DNA of 38,048 nucleotides from assembly GCA_010093705.1 (NCBI GenBank), contig MU006130.1, forward strand, positions 1 through 38,048. The letters run 5' to 3'. The position numbers were made by a program, and so were the translations under genes. Below the pieces are notes generated by a model. It worked only from the letters and a program-made list of their open reading frames with translations, searched no databases and had not been told where the DNA came from. This document shows positions 37,560-38,048 of this stretch, piece after piece. The DNA is from Patellaria atrata CBS 101060. Taxonomy: Eukaryota. Positions within the stretch are counted from its first letter, which is position 1, and every line of letters starts with the position of its first letter.

Positions 37560-38048
37560 TGTGACGGCGTAGCGGTTGTAGAGAATCGAATTGGATTGCA
37601 ACTAGTATAACCTAACTACAGTGTAAAGAGATTAAGTTAAGGAAAGAAGAAGTTATAGTCGCGCGATCTACTAGTATCAAGCACGTAGCGGTAGAACCTC
37701 GGCGCGACTACTACTAATAAGGGAAAGTAGGAAATGATAATCTGTGACATCGTCACACTACCCCCCCCCCTAAAAGTAGAAATCGCCAACTGGTTGCGGA
37801 TTTCTGCGGTAACGTTCGCCTTATCTATACTCACTTTCGACGCCTTTGAATCTGAGCTGGACCTTTCTTCTCGGCTTTGTCGTCGTCTGGATGTGGTTCC
37901 AGTTCGTGGTTGTCGGCCCGATAGGCTTTAAGCCATACGTTCAATCGGATCGGAGGCCCAGCGTCTAATGGTCTCTCGTCGTGAAACTCCTCTATCTTGT
38001 GCGGGGCTCCGATGAAATTTGAGGCTGGATACCACGTATCGTCGGGGT
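37560..38048 (-). mobile_element. 3' end of a second chromovirus related to family G: 3' LTR 37560-37757, PPT 37761-37770; runs off the window
   Basis: TGTGAC...GTCACA 198-bp LTR, C10 (G10 on the minus strand), then the pol C-terminus. Confidence 0.93.
37831..38048 (-). CDS. pol: pol C-terminus (chromodomain end), partial
   Basis: Minus-strand translation PDDTWYPASNFIGAPHKIEEFHDERP...KKGPAQIQRRRK* is clearly homologous to the end of the family G pol. Confidence 0.9.
   Translation of the reverse strand, partial: PDDTWYPASNFIGAPHKIEEFHDERPLDAGPPIRLNVWLKAYRADNHELEPHPDDDKAEKKGPAQIQRRRK

Noticed and set aside
37637..37931. ORFs 37637-37834 (-) and 37734-37931 (+)
   Set aside because: They cross the LTR, PPT and pol end of the second element. 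The real frame is the pol C-terminus ending at 37831.

Overview
This is a fungal repeat region (filamentous ascomycete-type) with no host protein-coding gene. Bases 1-30516 are extremely AT-rich and show the signature of repeat-induced point mutation (RIP). Bases 1-25883 resolve into nested copies of one Ty3/gypsy chromovirus family, here called family B. An old minus-strand host (E) carries a solo LTR and element D. D carries elements C (-) and A (+), which are fused head-to-head, and C carries another solo LTR. Reversing RIP by eye shows two extra coding modules in family B: an antisense ORF between pol and the 3' LTR with exact Zn(II)2Cys6 spacing, and a long Gag tail with repeated H-x7-C-x4-6-C-x2-H motifs. 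Bases 25884-30516 are an unidentified RIP relic. Bases 30517-37007 are a younger, lightly RIP-mutated chromovirus (family G) with mismatched LTRs, a self-priming site and a candidate -1 frameshift. It is followed by an intact dispersed 5S rRNA gene (37174-37292) and the 3' end of a related element on the minus strand (37560-38048). All coordinates and de-RIP translations were read manually, so boundaries in the most degenerate parts are approximate.
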